Source of the DNA: an uncultured Alphaproteobacteria bacterium
Lineage (GTDB): Bacteria; Pseudomonadota; Alphaproteobacteria; Rhizobiales; Hyphomicrobiaceae
Reading direction: 5' to 3'
Length of the DNA stretch: 64,000 nucleotides
Assembly (NCBI GenBank): GCA_963820375.1
Contig: CAWFZX010000016.1
Coordinates: 309,581-373,580 of the forward strand
Shown here: positions 43,992 through 52,744 of the stretch, one piece after another
How positions within the stretch are numbered: position 1 is the stretch's first letter
Layout of the letters: each line of letters opens with the position of its first letter
Program-made: the position numbers and the translations under genes
The notes under the pieces: model-generated
The model's database searches: none
The model's input: the letters and a program-made list of their open reading frames with translations, nothing else
Told to the model about the DNA's origin: nothing

Positions 43992-45296
43992 CTAGTTGCG
44001 CGGCTCCTTGGGCGCCTGATCTGCCGGCTTGCCGGCCGCGGCGGCGCCGCGGCGGGGGTTGCCGCGCACATGCTTGACCATGGCCTCCGACGGCCAGCAG
44101 TCGACCTTGAGCTTGCTCGCCGTCTGGTAGAGCCCGATCTGCGCGCGGGTGTTCATGCCGGCTTTGCCGTCGATCTTGGCAACGTCATATCCCAACGTTT
44201 GCAGACCGGCCTGGATCTCTTGGATGCCGGGTGCCGACAGCTGTTTGAGGTCGGCCCACGGCGCCTCGAAAGCTTGCCCTCCGGCAATGCGATCGCCCAG
44301 GTTGCCCACGAACAGCGCATAAAGGTCCGACATGTTATAGGCCTTGATGACCAGAAAATTTTCCAGTGCCAAGAACGCGGGGCCATAAACGCCGGCCGGC
44401 AGCAGCAGGAAGGCCTGAGCCGACAGCGCCTCGGCGGGAAAGTCGCCCGCCGCGCGCGTCACCCCGAGCCTGATCCATTCTTGCAGGGGCCGGCGCTGGT
44501 CGGGCCCTTCCATGTGACAGGGGATGCTGCGCGGAAGTCGCACTTCGAAGCCCCAATTCTGTCCTGGTACCCAGCCCTTGGCGCGCAGCTGGTTGGCCGC
44601 GGATGCCAGCGCGTCGGCCGTTGAGTTCCAGATGTCCTTGCGGCCGTCACCGTCCAGATCGTAGGCCACGGTGTAGTATTCGGAGGGCATGAACTGGGTC
44701 AGTCCCATGGCGCCCGCCCAGGAGCCGTTCATGTTCTCGCGCGTGCGCACGCCATCCTCCAGCATCTTCAAGGCATAGAGGAGCTCTGTGCGGAACATGT
44801 CCTTGCGGCGCCCCAGGTAGGCCTGCGTGGCCAGCGCCTTGATCACGTAGTAGGTCGAGCGGTGGCTGCCGAAGGCGGTTTCGCGGCCCCAGATCGCCAG
44901 CACGAACTGGCGTTGCACACCCAGTTCCTGCTCGATCTTTGCCAGCGCCGCGGCGTTGAGCTTGAGGAGAGCTTTGCCCTGCTCGCTGAGGCGTGCGAGA
45001 TAGTCGGCGTCGAGATACTGCGCCGGCGTGCGCGTAAACTCCGGTTGGCCCTTGACCTCTTGCCCGGGCAGCACCAGGTCGGGCAGCGATCGATCCGGTT
45101 CGACGCCCAGCAAGGCCCGATCAAAGGTGGCGCGTGTGACGCCCATGCGTTCGGCGTCCGGCCACAGCTGCAGCAGAAAGTGCCGGTATCCCTCGTCGGC
45201 CTGCGCCATCACGGCGCTGGTGGCAGCGGTCCAGGCCAGCCATCCCCCGACGATGATGATGCTGGCGGCGGCCACCGCCTGCCGCCAAGGCCGCAT
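43992..45296 (-). CDS. Lytic murein transglycosylase (MltB family) with C-terminal peptidoglycan-binding domain
   Basis: GAMGLTQFMPSEY catalytic-region block. C-terminal PG_binding_1-like IQAGLQTLGYDVAKIDGKAGMNTRAQI. Start at ATG 45296. Confidence 0.8.
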   Translation of the reverse strand: MRPWRQAVAAASIIIVGGWLAWTAATSAVMAQADEGYRHFLLQLWPDAERMGVTRATFDRALLGVEPDRSLPDLVLPGQEVKGQPEFTRTPAQYLDADYLARLSEQGKALLKLNAAALAKIEQELGVQRQFVLAIWGRETAFGSHRSTYYVIKALATQAYLGRRKDMFRTELLYALKMLEDGVRTRENMNGSWAGAMGLTQFMPSEYYTVAYDLDGDGRKDIWNSTADALASAANQLRAKGWVPGQNWGFEVRLPRSIPCHMEGPDQRRPLQEWIRLGVTRAAGDFPAEALSAQAFLLLPAGVYGPAFLALENFLVIKAYNMSDLYALFVGNLGDRIAGGQAFEAPWADLKQLSAPGIQEIQAGLQTLGYDVAKIDGKAGMNTRAQIGLYQTASKLKVDCWPSEAMVKHVRGNPRRGAAAAGKPADQAPKEPRN

Positions 45297-45381
45297 GTTT
45301 GCTGTCTCGGGCAAGACGCCAGGTCCCCACGTCGTTTGCAAGATTGCCATCGAGTCCTAGCATAGCCGAAGCGGGGGCGCT

Positions 45382-46374
45382 TCAGGAGGCCTGTTTCGGG
45401 GCACCGAGTTGGTCTTCCCACGCCAGCGCCTGTCGGACGATGACATCAAGATCTTGGTAGGCGGGCGCCCAGCCAAGCGCGTTGCGGATCTTTGCCGATG
45501 CGGCAACGATCTGGGCCGGGTCCCCGGGCCGGCGCGGGCCGAGGCGGACGTCGAACGACCGGCCGGAGACACGCTTGACAGCCTCGACGACCTCGAGCAC
45601 CGAAAAGCCCCGCCCGTAGCCGCAGTTGAAGGTCTCACTGGCGCCCCCGGCCCGCAGATAGGCCAGGGCGGCACTGTGCGCGCGCGCCAGATCGCTCACC
45701 TGAATGTAGTCGCGCACGCAGGTGCCGTCGGGGGTGGGATAGTCGGTGCCAAACACCTCGAGGTAAGACCGCTTGCCGAGCGCGGCCTCGCAAGCGACCT
45801 TGATCAGGTGGGTGGCGCGCGGCGTCGACTGTCCGGAGCGACCCTGCGGGTCGGCGCCGGCGACATTGAAGTAGCGCAGCACCACGTAGCTGAGCTCGTG
45901 CGCCCGTGCCGCGTCCGCCAGCATCATCTCGGTCATCAGCTTGGAGTTGCCGTAGGGTGACAGCGGCTTGAGGGCCGCTTGTTCGGCAACGGGTTCGCTG
46001 CCGGGCATACCATACACCGCTGCGGTCGAAGAGAAGATGAAGTGCCTCACGCCGGTGGCAATGGCGGTCTCAATCAGGGTGCGCGATTTGACGGTGTTGT
46101 TCAGATAGTAGGCCAGCGGATTGGCCACCGAATCCGGCACCACGACGGAGCCGGCAAAATGCAATATGGCATCGATGCCGAGCTCCTTGATCAACCGCTG
46201 CAGCAACGCTTGATCGGCGATGTCGGCGCGCACGAATTGGGCGGTCTCGGGGACGGCGGAGGCAAGGCCGGTCGATAAGTCGTCGACCACAACGACGTGG
46301 CTCCCCGCATCCAAAAGCTCGAGCGTCATATGGCTGCCGATGTAGCCCGCACCGCCGGTCACAAGCGTAGGCAT
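45382..46374 (-). CDS. galE: UDP-glucose 4-epimerase
   Basis: VTGGAGYIGSH Rossmann motif and YGNSK (YxxxK). 330 aa. Confidence 0.9.
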   Translation of the reverse strand: MPTLVTGGAGYIGSHMTLELLDAGSHVVVVDDLSTGLASAVPETAQFVRADIADQALLQRLIKELGIDAILHFAGSVVVPDSVANPLAYYLNNTVKSRTLIETAIATGVRHFIFSSTAAVYGMPGSEPVAEQAALKPLSPYGNSKLMTEMMLADAARAHELSYVVLRYFNVAGADPQGRSGQSTPRATHLIKVACEAALGKRSYLEVFGTDYPTPDGTCVRDYIQVSDLARAHSAALAYLRAGGASETFNCGYGRGFSVLEVVEAVKRVSGRSFDVRLGPRRPGDPAQIVAASAKIRNALGWAPAYQDLDVIVRQALAWEDQLGAPKQAS

Positions 46375-46510
46375 GCTGTCAATCCTGTTGCTGTTTGTTT
46401 TCAGAGCCCCGCGTGGTCGCCCACGATTTTTCCCTCGCTCGGCCGGATGCGCTACAGTGGTCGCCCCGAGTTAGCGCTGCCATACCCTGCCACCCATTGA
46501 GATAACAAAC

Positions 46511-47416
46511 ATGAACAATACGCCAAAGCGCATTCGCAAGGCTGTGTTTCCGGTGGCCGGTCTCGGCACCCGCTTCCTGCCGGCCACCAAGGCCATGCCG
46601 AAGGAGATGCTCACCATCGTCGATCGCCCACTCATCCAGCATGTGGTCGACGAGGCGCATCGCGCCGGGATTGAGCATTTCATTTTTGTCACCGGCCGCA
46701 ACAAGGGCGTCATCGAGGATCACTTCGACAGCCAATACGAATTGGAGCAGACGCTGGCCGAGCGCGGCAAGACCGCGGAGCTGGAGGCGCTGAGGCGTGA
46801 GCTGCCCGCCGCGGGGCAGACGAGCTTCACGCGTCAGCAGGCCCCCCTGGGCCTTGGCCATGCGGTCTGGTGTGCCCGCGACCTGGTCGGCGATGAGGCC
46901 TTTGCGCTGTTGCTGCCGGACGTTCTGCATCATGCGGCCAAGCCCTGTATCGGCGAGATGATGGAGGCCTATCAGGAGCAGCCCGGCAATTACATTGCCG
47001 TGGCGCCGGTGCCGGATGATCAGACCCATCAATACGGCATTGTCGGCCTCGAGAATGCGAGCGCCAAGGTGTCGCGCATCACCGCCATGGTCGAGAAGCC
47101 CAAGCCCGGCCAGGCCCCCTCCAATTTGCACATTTCGGGGCGCTATATCCTGCAACCAACGATTTTTCCGATCCTCGAACGGGGAGAGCGGGGGGCCGGC
47201 GGAGAAATCCAGATCACCGACGCGATGCAAAGGCTGGCCGAGCGCGAGCCATTTTTTGCCACGCGTTTTGACGGCGTGATCTATGATTGTGGTGGCAAGG
47301 CCGGCTTTCTGCTGGCCAACGTCGCGCTGGCCTTGGAGCGCGCAGACTTGGCACCAACCCTGCGCGCAGATCTCGAGAGGCTGCTGCGGCAAGCCGATCG
47401 CCAAGCGGCCGACTAG
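46511..47416 (+). CDS. galU: UTP--glucose-1-phosphate uridylyltransferase
   Basis: KAVFPVAGLGTRFLPATKAMPKEML and VEKP motifs. Confidence 0.9.
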   Translation: MNNTPKRIRKAVFPVAGLGTRFLPATKAMPKEMLTIVDRPLIQHVVDEAHRAGIEHFIFVTGRNKGVIEDHFDSQYELEQTLAERGKTAELEALRRELPAAGQTSFTRQQAPLGLGHAVWCARDLVGDEAFALLLPDVLHHAAKPCIGEMMEAYQEQPGNYIAVAPVPDDQTHQYGIVGLENASAKVSRITAMVEKPKPGQAPSNLHISGRYILQPTIFPILERGERGAGGEIQITDAMQRLAEREPFFATRFDGVIYDCGGKAGFLLANVALALERADLAPTLRADLERLLRQADRQAAD

Positions 47417-49110
47417 TAGCGCAGGCGCAGGCCGGCGCGCAAAACGTCGGCGCTATAATCGCTGCTGGGCACGGACGTGTCGTAGACGATGTGCTGATAG
47501 CGGCCAAACAGGATGGCGTCGCGGCCAACGTAGTAGTCGAGGCCAAGCTCGCCGATCAGCTCGCGCTCGGTCAAGTCGACGCCATCATAGGGCGTCGAAG
47601 TATAGAGCACGCCGGCGGTGCCGATCAGGTGGCGGTAGAAGGCGTGGCGAACCTGCAATCCGAACTGGCGCGCAAGGCCGCCACTGGAGGCGGGGACGGT
47701 CGAGTTGGCGAAGGTGGAGCGGGCGGTGAACAGGAAGCTCGTCAGCGCGGAGGCGCGCCAGGCGAGGTTGGCGTCGATCAAGAGGCCGTCGAGCTGGGGA
47801 AGGTCGGCAACGTCCGGCCGCTGGCGCCCCCAGCCCGCACTGATCTCGCCGCGGACGCTGCTGCCGAGCGGCGAGAATGAGACGCCGGCGCGATAGGCTT
47901 CGCCGACGGAGGAGCGCAAGCTCCCATCCGCGGGAGGCGTGTGGTAGTCGCGGTCGGCAAGCGCGGTCTCGACAAAAACGCCAAGGCCGCGCCCGAAATC
48001 CCAGGTGGTGCGGAACGCCGCCTCGCGTTCGGTGAAGTCGCGCGCGTCATTGTTGATGACCTCGCCGCCGATGCTGGGCACCGGCGCAAAGTCGAAGTCG
48101 CGGATCGCCCCCCTCAGTTGGAAGGCAAGGCGATTGAAACGATGATTGAAGGTGATGGCAGCGCGGTCGACCTCGAGGTCGCCGCGTTCCGCCGCCGCGA
48201 CGGGGAAATTGAGCGCCGAGCGGACATCCTTTTCACGCTGATGGGAGATCAAGCCTTCGATATTGCTGCGCGAGGAGATGTCGAGCCGCCCGCGCGCGTC
48301 CAGCGCGTAGGCCCGGTCGTCCTCGCTCGGATGCCCGGCATAAAACGAGGCGGCGCCGAGGGCGCGAAACTCCAGGGCATGCACAGGCCAGTTTGTGACG
48401 GCGCGCACATTGGCGCGCACGTCGCCGGCGGCGTCGCCTTGCCGGAGGTTGCTTCTGAAAACGTTGTTGGTGGCCAGCGCACCGATTTCCAATTCTGGAA
48501 AAATCACAAAACCACCCATGCGCAGGCCGATCGGATCGTAGGGCTCGAGGTGGAACAGTTCCGCCGGCCGTCGATCGCGCAGGGGCTCCGGCTCGATGCG
48601 GAACATATAGGGATCATAGCCGTAGGGCGGGATCTGGAAAGCGGCAATGTCTTGGGCGCTGCGCGGGTCGACGCCTAAGTCGGCGATGCCGTCAAGCACC
48701 GTCACCGGGCTGTCCTCGAGCACCACGCCGTCGAGCTGATGCTCGCCCACCCGGTCGGCATCGGGCGCGGCCGCTTCGGGGGACGTGTAGGACGTGCGCA
48801 TGGCGCCTTCGCCATCGGCGTCCTCGTCGCCTTCCGCAAGCGGCGGCGGCTCGGCCGCCAACGCGTCCTCGCCGTCCTCCGGCAGCGGTTCAGGTAGAGC
48901 TTTGCGCCCGCTGGCAGGGGGCTTTCTGGTCGCCGGGGCGGCAATGCGCGTGTCGATGCCGAGCGCAGCCTGGCCAAGCGCGCCATCGTTTGCCAGGGCC
49001 AGGCAGGCCGCGGCGAGCGAGACGCGTGAAAAAAGTGCAACGAAGCGGTCGCAGATCACGCCGGCGCCCCACACCCTGGCTCCCGAGAGACGCACACGTG
49101 CACGGCCCAC
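47413..49110 (-). CDS. Outer-membrane beta-barrel protein (BBP2_2/DUF2320-like putative porin)
   Basis: Signal-like N-terminus, acidic linker, alternating beta-strand pattern, terminal ...GLRLRY. The start is uncertain: GTG 49110 or GTG 49059. Confidence 0.6.
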   Translation of the reverse strand: MGRARVRLSGARVWGAGVICDRFVALFSRVSLAAACLALANDGALGQAALGIDTRIAAPATRKPPASGRKALPEPLPEDGEDALAAEPPPLAEGDEDADGEGAMRTSYTSPEAAAPDADRVGEHQLDGVVLEDSPVTVLDGIADLGVDPRSAQDIAAFQIPPYGYDPYMFRIEPEPLRDRRPAELFHLEPYDPIGLRMGGFVIFPELEIGALATNNVFRSNLRQGDAAGDVRANVRAVTNWPVHALEFRALGAASFYAGHPSEDDRAYALDARGRLDISSRSNIEGLISHQREKDVRSALNFPVAAAERGDLEVDRAAITFNHRFNRLAFQLRGAIRDFDFAPVPSIGGEVINNDARDFTEREAAFRTTWDFGRGLGVFVETALADRDYHTPPADGSLRSSVGEAYRAGVSFSPLGSSVRGEISAGWGRQRPDVADLPQLDGLLIDANLAWRASALTSFLFTARSTFANSTVPASSGGLARQFGLQVRHAFYRHLIGTAGVLYTSTPYDGVDLTERELIGELGLDYYVGRDAILFGRYQHIVYDTSVPSSDYSADVLRAGLRLRY

Positions 49111-49257
49111 CCTAGGGGTAGGTTGGTTAAGGAGTTGTTGAAGGGGAGCGGGCCCCGCCGATCGGCAATTGGCAGTAAAGAGTGCGCTCTGCTACAGGTA
49201 GGGCAGGACCCGTCAGGGGGACGCGGGCGTCGGCGGGTCGAAGAGGGGGATTGCCAC

Positions 49258-50277
49258 ATGCGCATGAGCGGTGCCAAACGCAAGCTGCGGATCGTGCCTT
49301 GCGGGGTTGCTCTGCCGCTGCCGTCGCAATCGGCGACGCGGACATTGGACCTCGAATGCGAGGGCTTGGCGGCGCTCAGAGGCACCCTGCAAGCCGACCT
49401 GCAGGAGCCCTTCAACCGGGCCGTTGGCATTCTTGCCGCCGCCGAAGGCCGCGTCATCGTCAGCGGCATCGGCAAGAGCGGGCACATCGGCCAGAAGCTG
49501 GCCGCCACCTTTGCGTCGACGGGGACACCGGCGTTCTTCGTGCACGCCAGCGAGGCCAGTCACGGTGATCTTGGCATGATCACCCCACAGGACGTGATCG
49601 TGGCGATCTCCTGGTCGGGGGAGAGCGTCGAGCTGCGCAACATCGTGACCTATTCGCGTCGGTTCAAAGTGCCGCTGATCGCCTTGACCTCTCGCGCCAA
49701 CTCCGCGCTCGGCAAGCAGGCGGATGTGGTTTTGCAGTTGCCGCGGGCCAAGGAGGCTTGTCCGCATGGGCTGGCGCCGACGACGTCGACGACCATGCAG
49801 CTGGCCCTTGGCGACTGCCTCGCCATTGCCTTGCTCGAGAACAAGGGCTTTACCGCCCACGATTTCAGCGTCTTTCACCCGGGCGGATCGCTGGGTGCGA
49901 GCCTCAAGTTCGTGGCCGACGTCATGCACACGGGAGAGCGGTTGCCGCTGGTTGCCGAGGACAGGGTTATGTCGGAGGCGATCGTCATCATGACGCAAAA
50001 GAGCTTCGGCTGCCTCGGGGTCGTTGATGCCAGGGGTCGACTGGTTGGCATGATCACCGACGGTGACCTGCGGCGGCACATGGGCCCGACGCTGCTGCGA
50101 CAGCGCACGCAGGACATCATGACGCGTAAACCGAACACCCTGGCCGCCAACACGCTGGCCTCGACGGCACTCGAGCACTTCAATGCGCTCAAGCGCACGC
50201 AGATGTTTGTCGTCGACAAGGGCAAGCCGATCGGCATTCTGCACGTGCACGATCTGCTGCGCGCCGGAGTGGCCTAG
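49258..50277 (+). CDS. kpsF: KpsF/GutQ family arabinose-5-phosphate isomerase
   Basis: SIS domain GIGKSGHIGQKLAATFASTGTPAFFVHASEASHGDLGMI plus two C-terminal CBS domains. Start at ATG 49258. Confidence 0.85.
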   Translation: MRMSGAKRKLRIVPCGVALPLPSQSATRTLDLECEGLAALRGTLQADLQEPFNRAVGILAAAEGRVIVSGIGKSGHIGQKLAATFASTGTPAFFVHASEASHGDLGMITPQDVIVAISWSGESVELRNIVTYSRRFKVPLIALTSRANSALGKQADVVLQLPRAKEACPHGLAPTTSTTMQLALGDCLAIALLENKGFTAHDFSVFHPGGSLGASLKFVADVMHTGERLPLVAEDRVMSEAIVIMTQKSFGCLGVVDARGRLVGMITDGDLRRHMGPTLLRQRTQDIMTRKPNTLAANTLASTALEHFNALKRTQMFVVDKGKPIGILHVHDLLRAGVA

Positions 50278-50279
50278 GC

Positions 50280-50657
50280 CTAATTCTTGAAGAGATCGCC
50301 CAGGGACCACCAGGCCGCTGCCTGTTGCACGTTGGCGTCCTTGGCCGTGGGCGGGGGCGAGGGTGATTTTTTCACCGGCGCCTTGGCAACGCTGGTCTTG
50401 GCTCGCAACGGGGTCGTCGGCACGGCGGTGGTCGCCGCCGCAGCCGGCTTCGCCTTGGCTTCGACGGCAACAAAGCGCTGCCTGGGCTTAGGCACCGCCA
50501 GTTCGAGCTTGGCTTTCGCAGCCTCGCTGGTGGTCACGCTCGCTTTCGCGCCCTGCGGCCACGGCCGCGGGTCGAAGTAGCCGCTGATCGCAAAGGCGGC
50601 GCCGGTTGTGCCCAAAGCGATAAGCGTGAGTGCCAGTAGCAATCTGAGCGTCGGCAT
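50280..50657 (-). CDS. Hypothetical small secreted Ala/Lys/Pro-rich protein
   Basis: MPTLRLLLALTLIALGTTGAAFA signal peptide and a GC3-rich frame. I recognise no family. Confidence 0.5.
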   Translation of the reverse strand: MPTLRLLLALTLIALGTTGAAFAISGYFDPRPWPQGAKASVTTSEAAKAKLELAVPKPRQRFVAVEAKAKPAAAATTAVPTTPLRAKTSVAKAPVKKSPSPPPTAKDANVQQAAAWWSLGDLFKN

Positions 50658-50776
50658 GCGGGTTCGATCCGGCGGGCGCGGACATTGCTGGTCCGCGCTC
50701 AAGGGTTCCCGCCCGCCCCTGTGCTAGCGGCCAAATGTGGAAGCTCTGCGGCCGAACGTGCCGGAGCGGCCATTTC

Positions 50777-51079
50777 TCAGTCCTGGAAGACGTCGGCCCA
50801 ATCGGGATGTTTGTGGCGCTCGGCGTTGACGTAGGGGCAGAGCGGATAGATCTTGAAGCCTTCCGCCCGCGCATCGTCGACCAGTCGCCTCACCAACGCC
50901 AGCGCCACGCCGCTGCCACGCAGGCGATCATCGACGCCGGTGTGCTCGGCGATCACCAGGGTCGTGCTGGCGCGGCTATACGTGAGCTCGCCCTCCCCAT
51001 CCCGGCCCTCGAGACGCGCGACATAGCGGCCACGCGTGGCACTTTGTTGCCGGGTGATGGTTGGCTCAGGCGTCGGCAT
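50777..51079 (-). CDS. Small GNAT acetyltransferase (YjdJ-type)
   Basis: 100 aa. ...HTGVDDRLRGSGVALALVRRLVDDARAEGFKIYPLCPYV is the typical GNAT_YJDJ pattern. Confidence 0.7.
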   Translation of the reverse strand: MPTPEPTITRQQSATRGRYVARLEGRDGEGELTYSRASTTLVIAEHTGVDDRLRGSGVALALVRRLVDDARAEGFKIYPLCPYVNAERHKHPDWADVFQD

Positions 51080-51090
51080 AGCCGCCTCTT

Positions 51091-51135
51091 GGCATCAGAC
51101 GTCTTGGCATCAGACGCCTTCGCATCAGAAGACGT
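51091..51135. repeat. 15-bp tandem repeat x3 (GGCATCAGACGYCTT-like)
   Basis: ggcatcagacgtctt / ggcatcagacgcctt / cgcatcagaagacgt, starting 12 nt upstream of the GNAT start codon. Contains the palindrome AAGACGTCTT. Confidence 0.85.
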
Positions 51136-51213
51136 CGCGACGTGGGCTCGCCGCCTGGCACGCACCCCTGTGGCAGTGGGATGCCGGCTCGACGGCCGCC
51201 TCAGTTGTGCGGT

Positions 51214-52095
51214 TCAACGGATCCCGAGCGATCCCAGAGCGCGCTGCACGTTGCGGACCAGGGATTGTACCACGACCGGCGGACGTGAGTCTGCACGGCG
51301 GGCGGCGTGGCGGCGGCGCGGTTGGGTGAGGCCGACGGGCGGCAGGGGGCCCGTTTGGCGCGATGATCGCGGCGAGCGGGCGTCGTCATCGAGCGCCGGC
51401 GCGGCCGCGCTCACCGGTTTAACGACGCTGATGGGTTGAGGTTCGGGCCGGGACAGCACGCTTGCGGCAGCGGCGGCGGTGGCCGCCGAGCCGACGATCA
51501 GGGGCGTCGACTTTTGGGTCGTCTCCGCGTCGGCCCGCGCCGGGACAAGCGACGGCCTGGCGGCCTCTGTCGTGGTAGCACTTTGAGCGCAGGCGGCATG
51601 TATTTCCCGCTGATCCGTCGGGCAGGGGCTGCACACGCTTTGCGCATGGCTCTGCACAAGCTTCAGCCCGACGACATCGGGCTCCTCGATCGGAAGCTTG
51701 GCATTGACGCTTTGGGTAAAGCGCCGCATGGCTTGCCGGGAAGCGTTGCTCCAGGCGCCATTGAGGTCGCCGTCGTAGCAGCCGACCCGCTTTAGTTCCT
51801 TGTGGAGCTCGCGCACAAGCCCAGAGCGATCCGAGGCGCGCGGCAGGGCCGCTTGCGCCTCAACCGCCTTGCCTGTTGCCGGACGTGGTGGGACCACAAC
51901 GACGACCCCCTCGTCCGGCATGGGTGCGGGCCAGCCTCGCGTTTGGTGCAAGAGTGCGCCAACGCCTACCCAACCCAGGATCGGTACAATGACCAACGCT
52001 TTGTACAAGACGCGGGCCCCCTGCCGCCAACAACGGCTCGCCCAGAAAAACCCCGAGTTGGGGCCAAAGGAAGGCGAGGCGAATTTTTGCCACAT
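51214..52095 (-). CDS. Membrane-anchored protein with a peptidoglycan-binding-like domain
   Basis: One TM segment (ALVIVPILGWVGVGALL). PG_binding_1-like block LHKELKRVGCYDGDLNGAWSNASRQAMRRF. Low-complexity C-terminal half. Confidence 0.5.
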   Translation of the reverse strand: MWQKFASPSFGPNSGFFWASRCWRQGARVLYKALVIVPILGWVGVGALLHQTRGWPAPMPDEGVVVVVPPRPATGKAVEAQAALPRASDRSGLVRELHKELKRVGCYDGDLNGAWSNASRQAMRRFTQSVNAKLPIEEPDVVGLKLVQSHAQSVCSPCPTDQREIHAACAQSATTTEAARPSLVPARADAETTQKSTPLIVGSAATAAAAASVLSRPEPQPISVVKPVSAAAPALDDDARSPRSSRQTGPLPPVGLTQPRRRHAARRADSRPPVVVQSLVRNVQRALGSLGIR

Positions 52096-52184
52096 GCGGC
52101 GGGCCGCGCCAAGATCAGGAGGCCTTAGGCGGCGAAGTCGCCAGCTCTGACCTGCCTCCCCTCTGTCTTAGCCGCCCCGGCATC

Positions 52185-52505
52185 GGGGGAAGGGGTGCAG
52201 GAGCCCGTGCGGCAACGAGAATGCCGGTGGCGCATTCCCCGGTCGGCGGCAAAAGAGCAGGTGCCCCTGAGCCCGCTGCAAGGGCGGCAGTTTTAGGGGG
52301 CTTGCCGGTTCGGCGCTTTCGCCGGATCGGCTGGCATGCCGAGGCCATTGTCCGACATCGGTGGGAGGCGATGTCGGCCCTGAAAGGAAGGCAGCGGTTG
52401 GCCTGATGGGCGCGCCGCCATGTCCGAAAGGTCCATCACGGCGCAGGAGCGCTGCGATGTTGGCGAAAGCGGCTGCCCGAAGACCAGAGCGAGGGCCTCC
52501 TCCCT
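52185..52505 (+). promoter_or_regulatory. Cobalamin (B12) riboswitch-like aptamer in the TRAP operon leader (by-eye call)
   Basis: The blocks occur in the canonical order. AACGAGAAUGCCGGUG..UUCCCCGG (52214-52242) compares with AAnAGGGAAnCnGGUGnnAAUCCnG. GCGGCAAAAGAGCAGGUGCC (52246-52265) compares with E. coli btuB GCGGUAAGGAAAGGUGCG. GCCAUUG (52344-52350) compares with GCCACUG. A 9-bp hairpin spans 52352-52377. GGAAGGC lies at 52386-52392. The B12-box-like GCCCGAAGACC (52475-52485) is identical to the btuB core. A possible P1 pairs GGGGGAAGG (52185-52193) with CCUCCUCCC (52496-52504). Several normally invariant positions deviate. Confidence 0.5.
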
Positions 52506-52539
52506 TTGCGCTGGCTTAAGGCTGGTGCAAGGATTTTTT
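52503..52539 (+). terminator. Intrinsic terminator (candidate riboswitch expression platform)
   Basis: 12-bp stem CCUUUGCGCUGGC/GCUGGUGCAAGG (four G-U pairs), 5-nt loop UUAAG, then AUUUUUUGG. Lies about 150 nt upstream of the dctQ start. Confidence 0.65.
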
Positions 52540-52744
52540 GGCTCACCTGCGGGCCATGCGGCCCTTAGTCCAGGGCGTTGTTGAGGTTGGCCCTCGGTAG
52601 AAACGCTGCCTTGGATGTAATGGGGTTGTCGCGCTACACTGCCGGCGTCGATGAGCTGACCGGCCGCGCCCGCAACGGAGGATTGTTTGAAAAATTGGCT
52701 CAACCTTAGCCGCGCTATCGACCGGTTTAATACGCGCGTCGGCC

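Noticed and set aside
50655-50685. tRNA-like T-arm (GGGTTCGATCC)
   Set aside because: The flanking bases cannot form a T-stem or an acceptor stem, and the sequence lies in the 5' end and upstream region of a small secreted-protein gene.
52375-52400. SRP (4.5S) RNA-like motif CCCUGAAAGGAAGGCAGCGG
   Set aside because: It resembles the GGAAGGAAGCAGC apical motif. However, the flanks do not form the long SRP hairpin, and the GGAAGGC block fits better as part of the cobalamin-riboswitch-like element.
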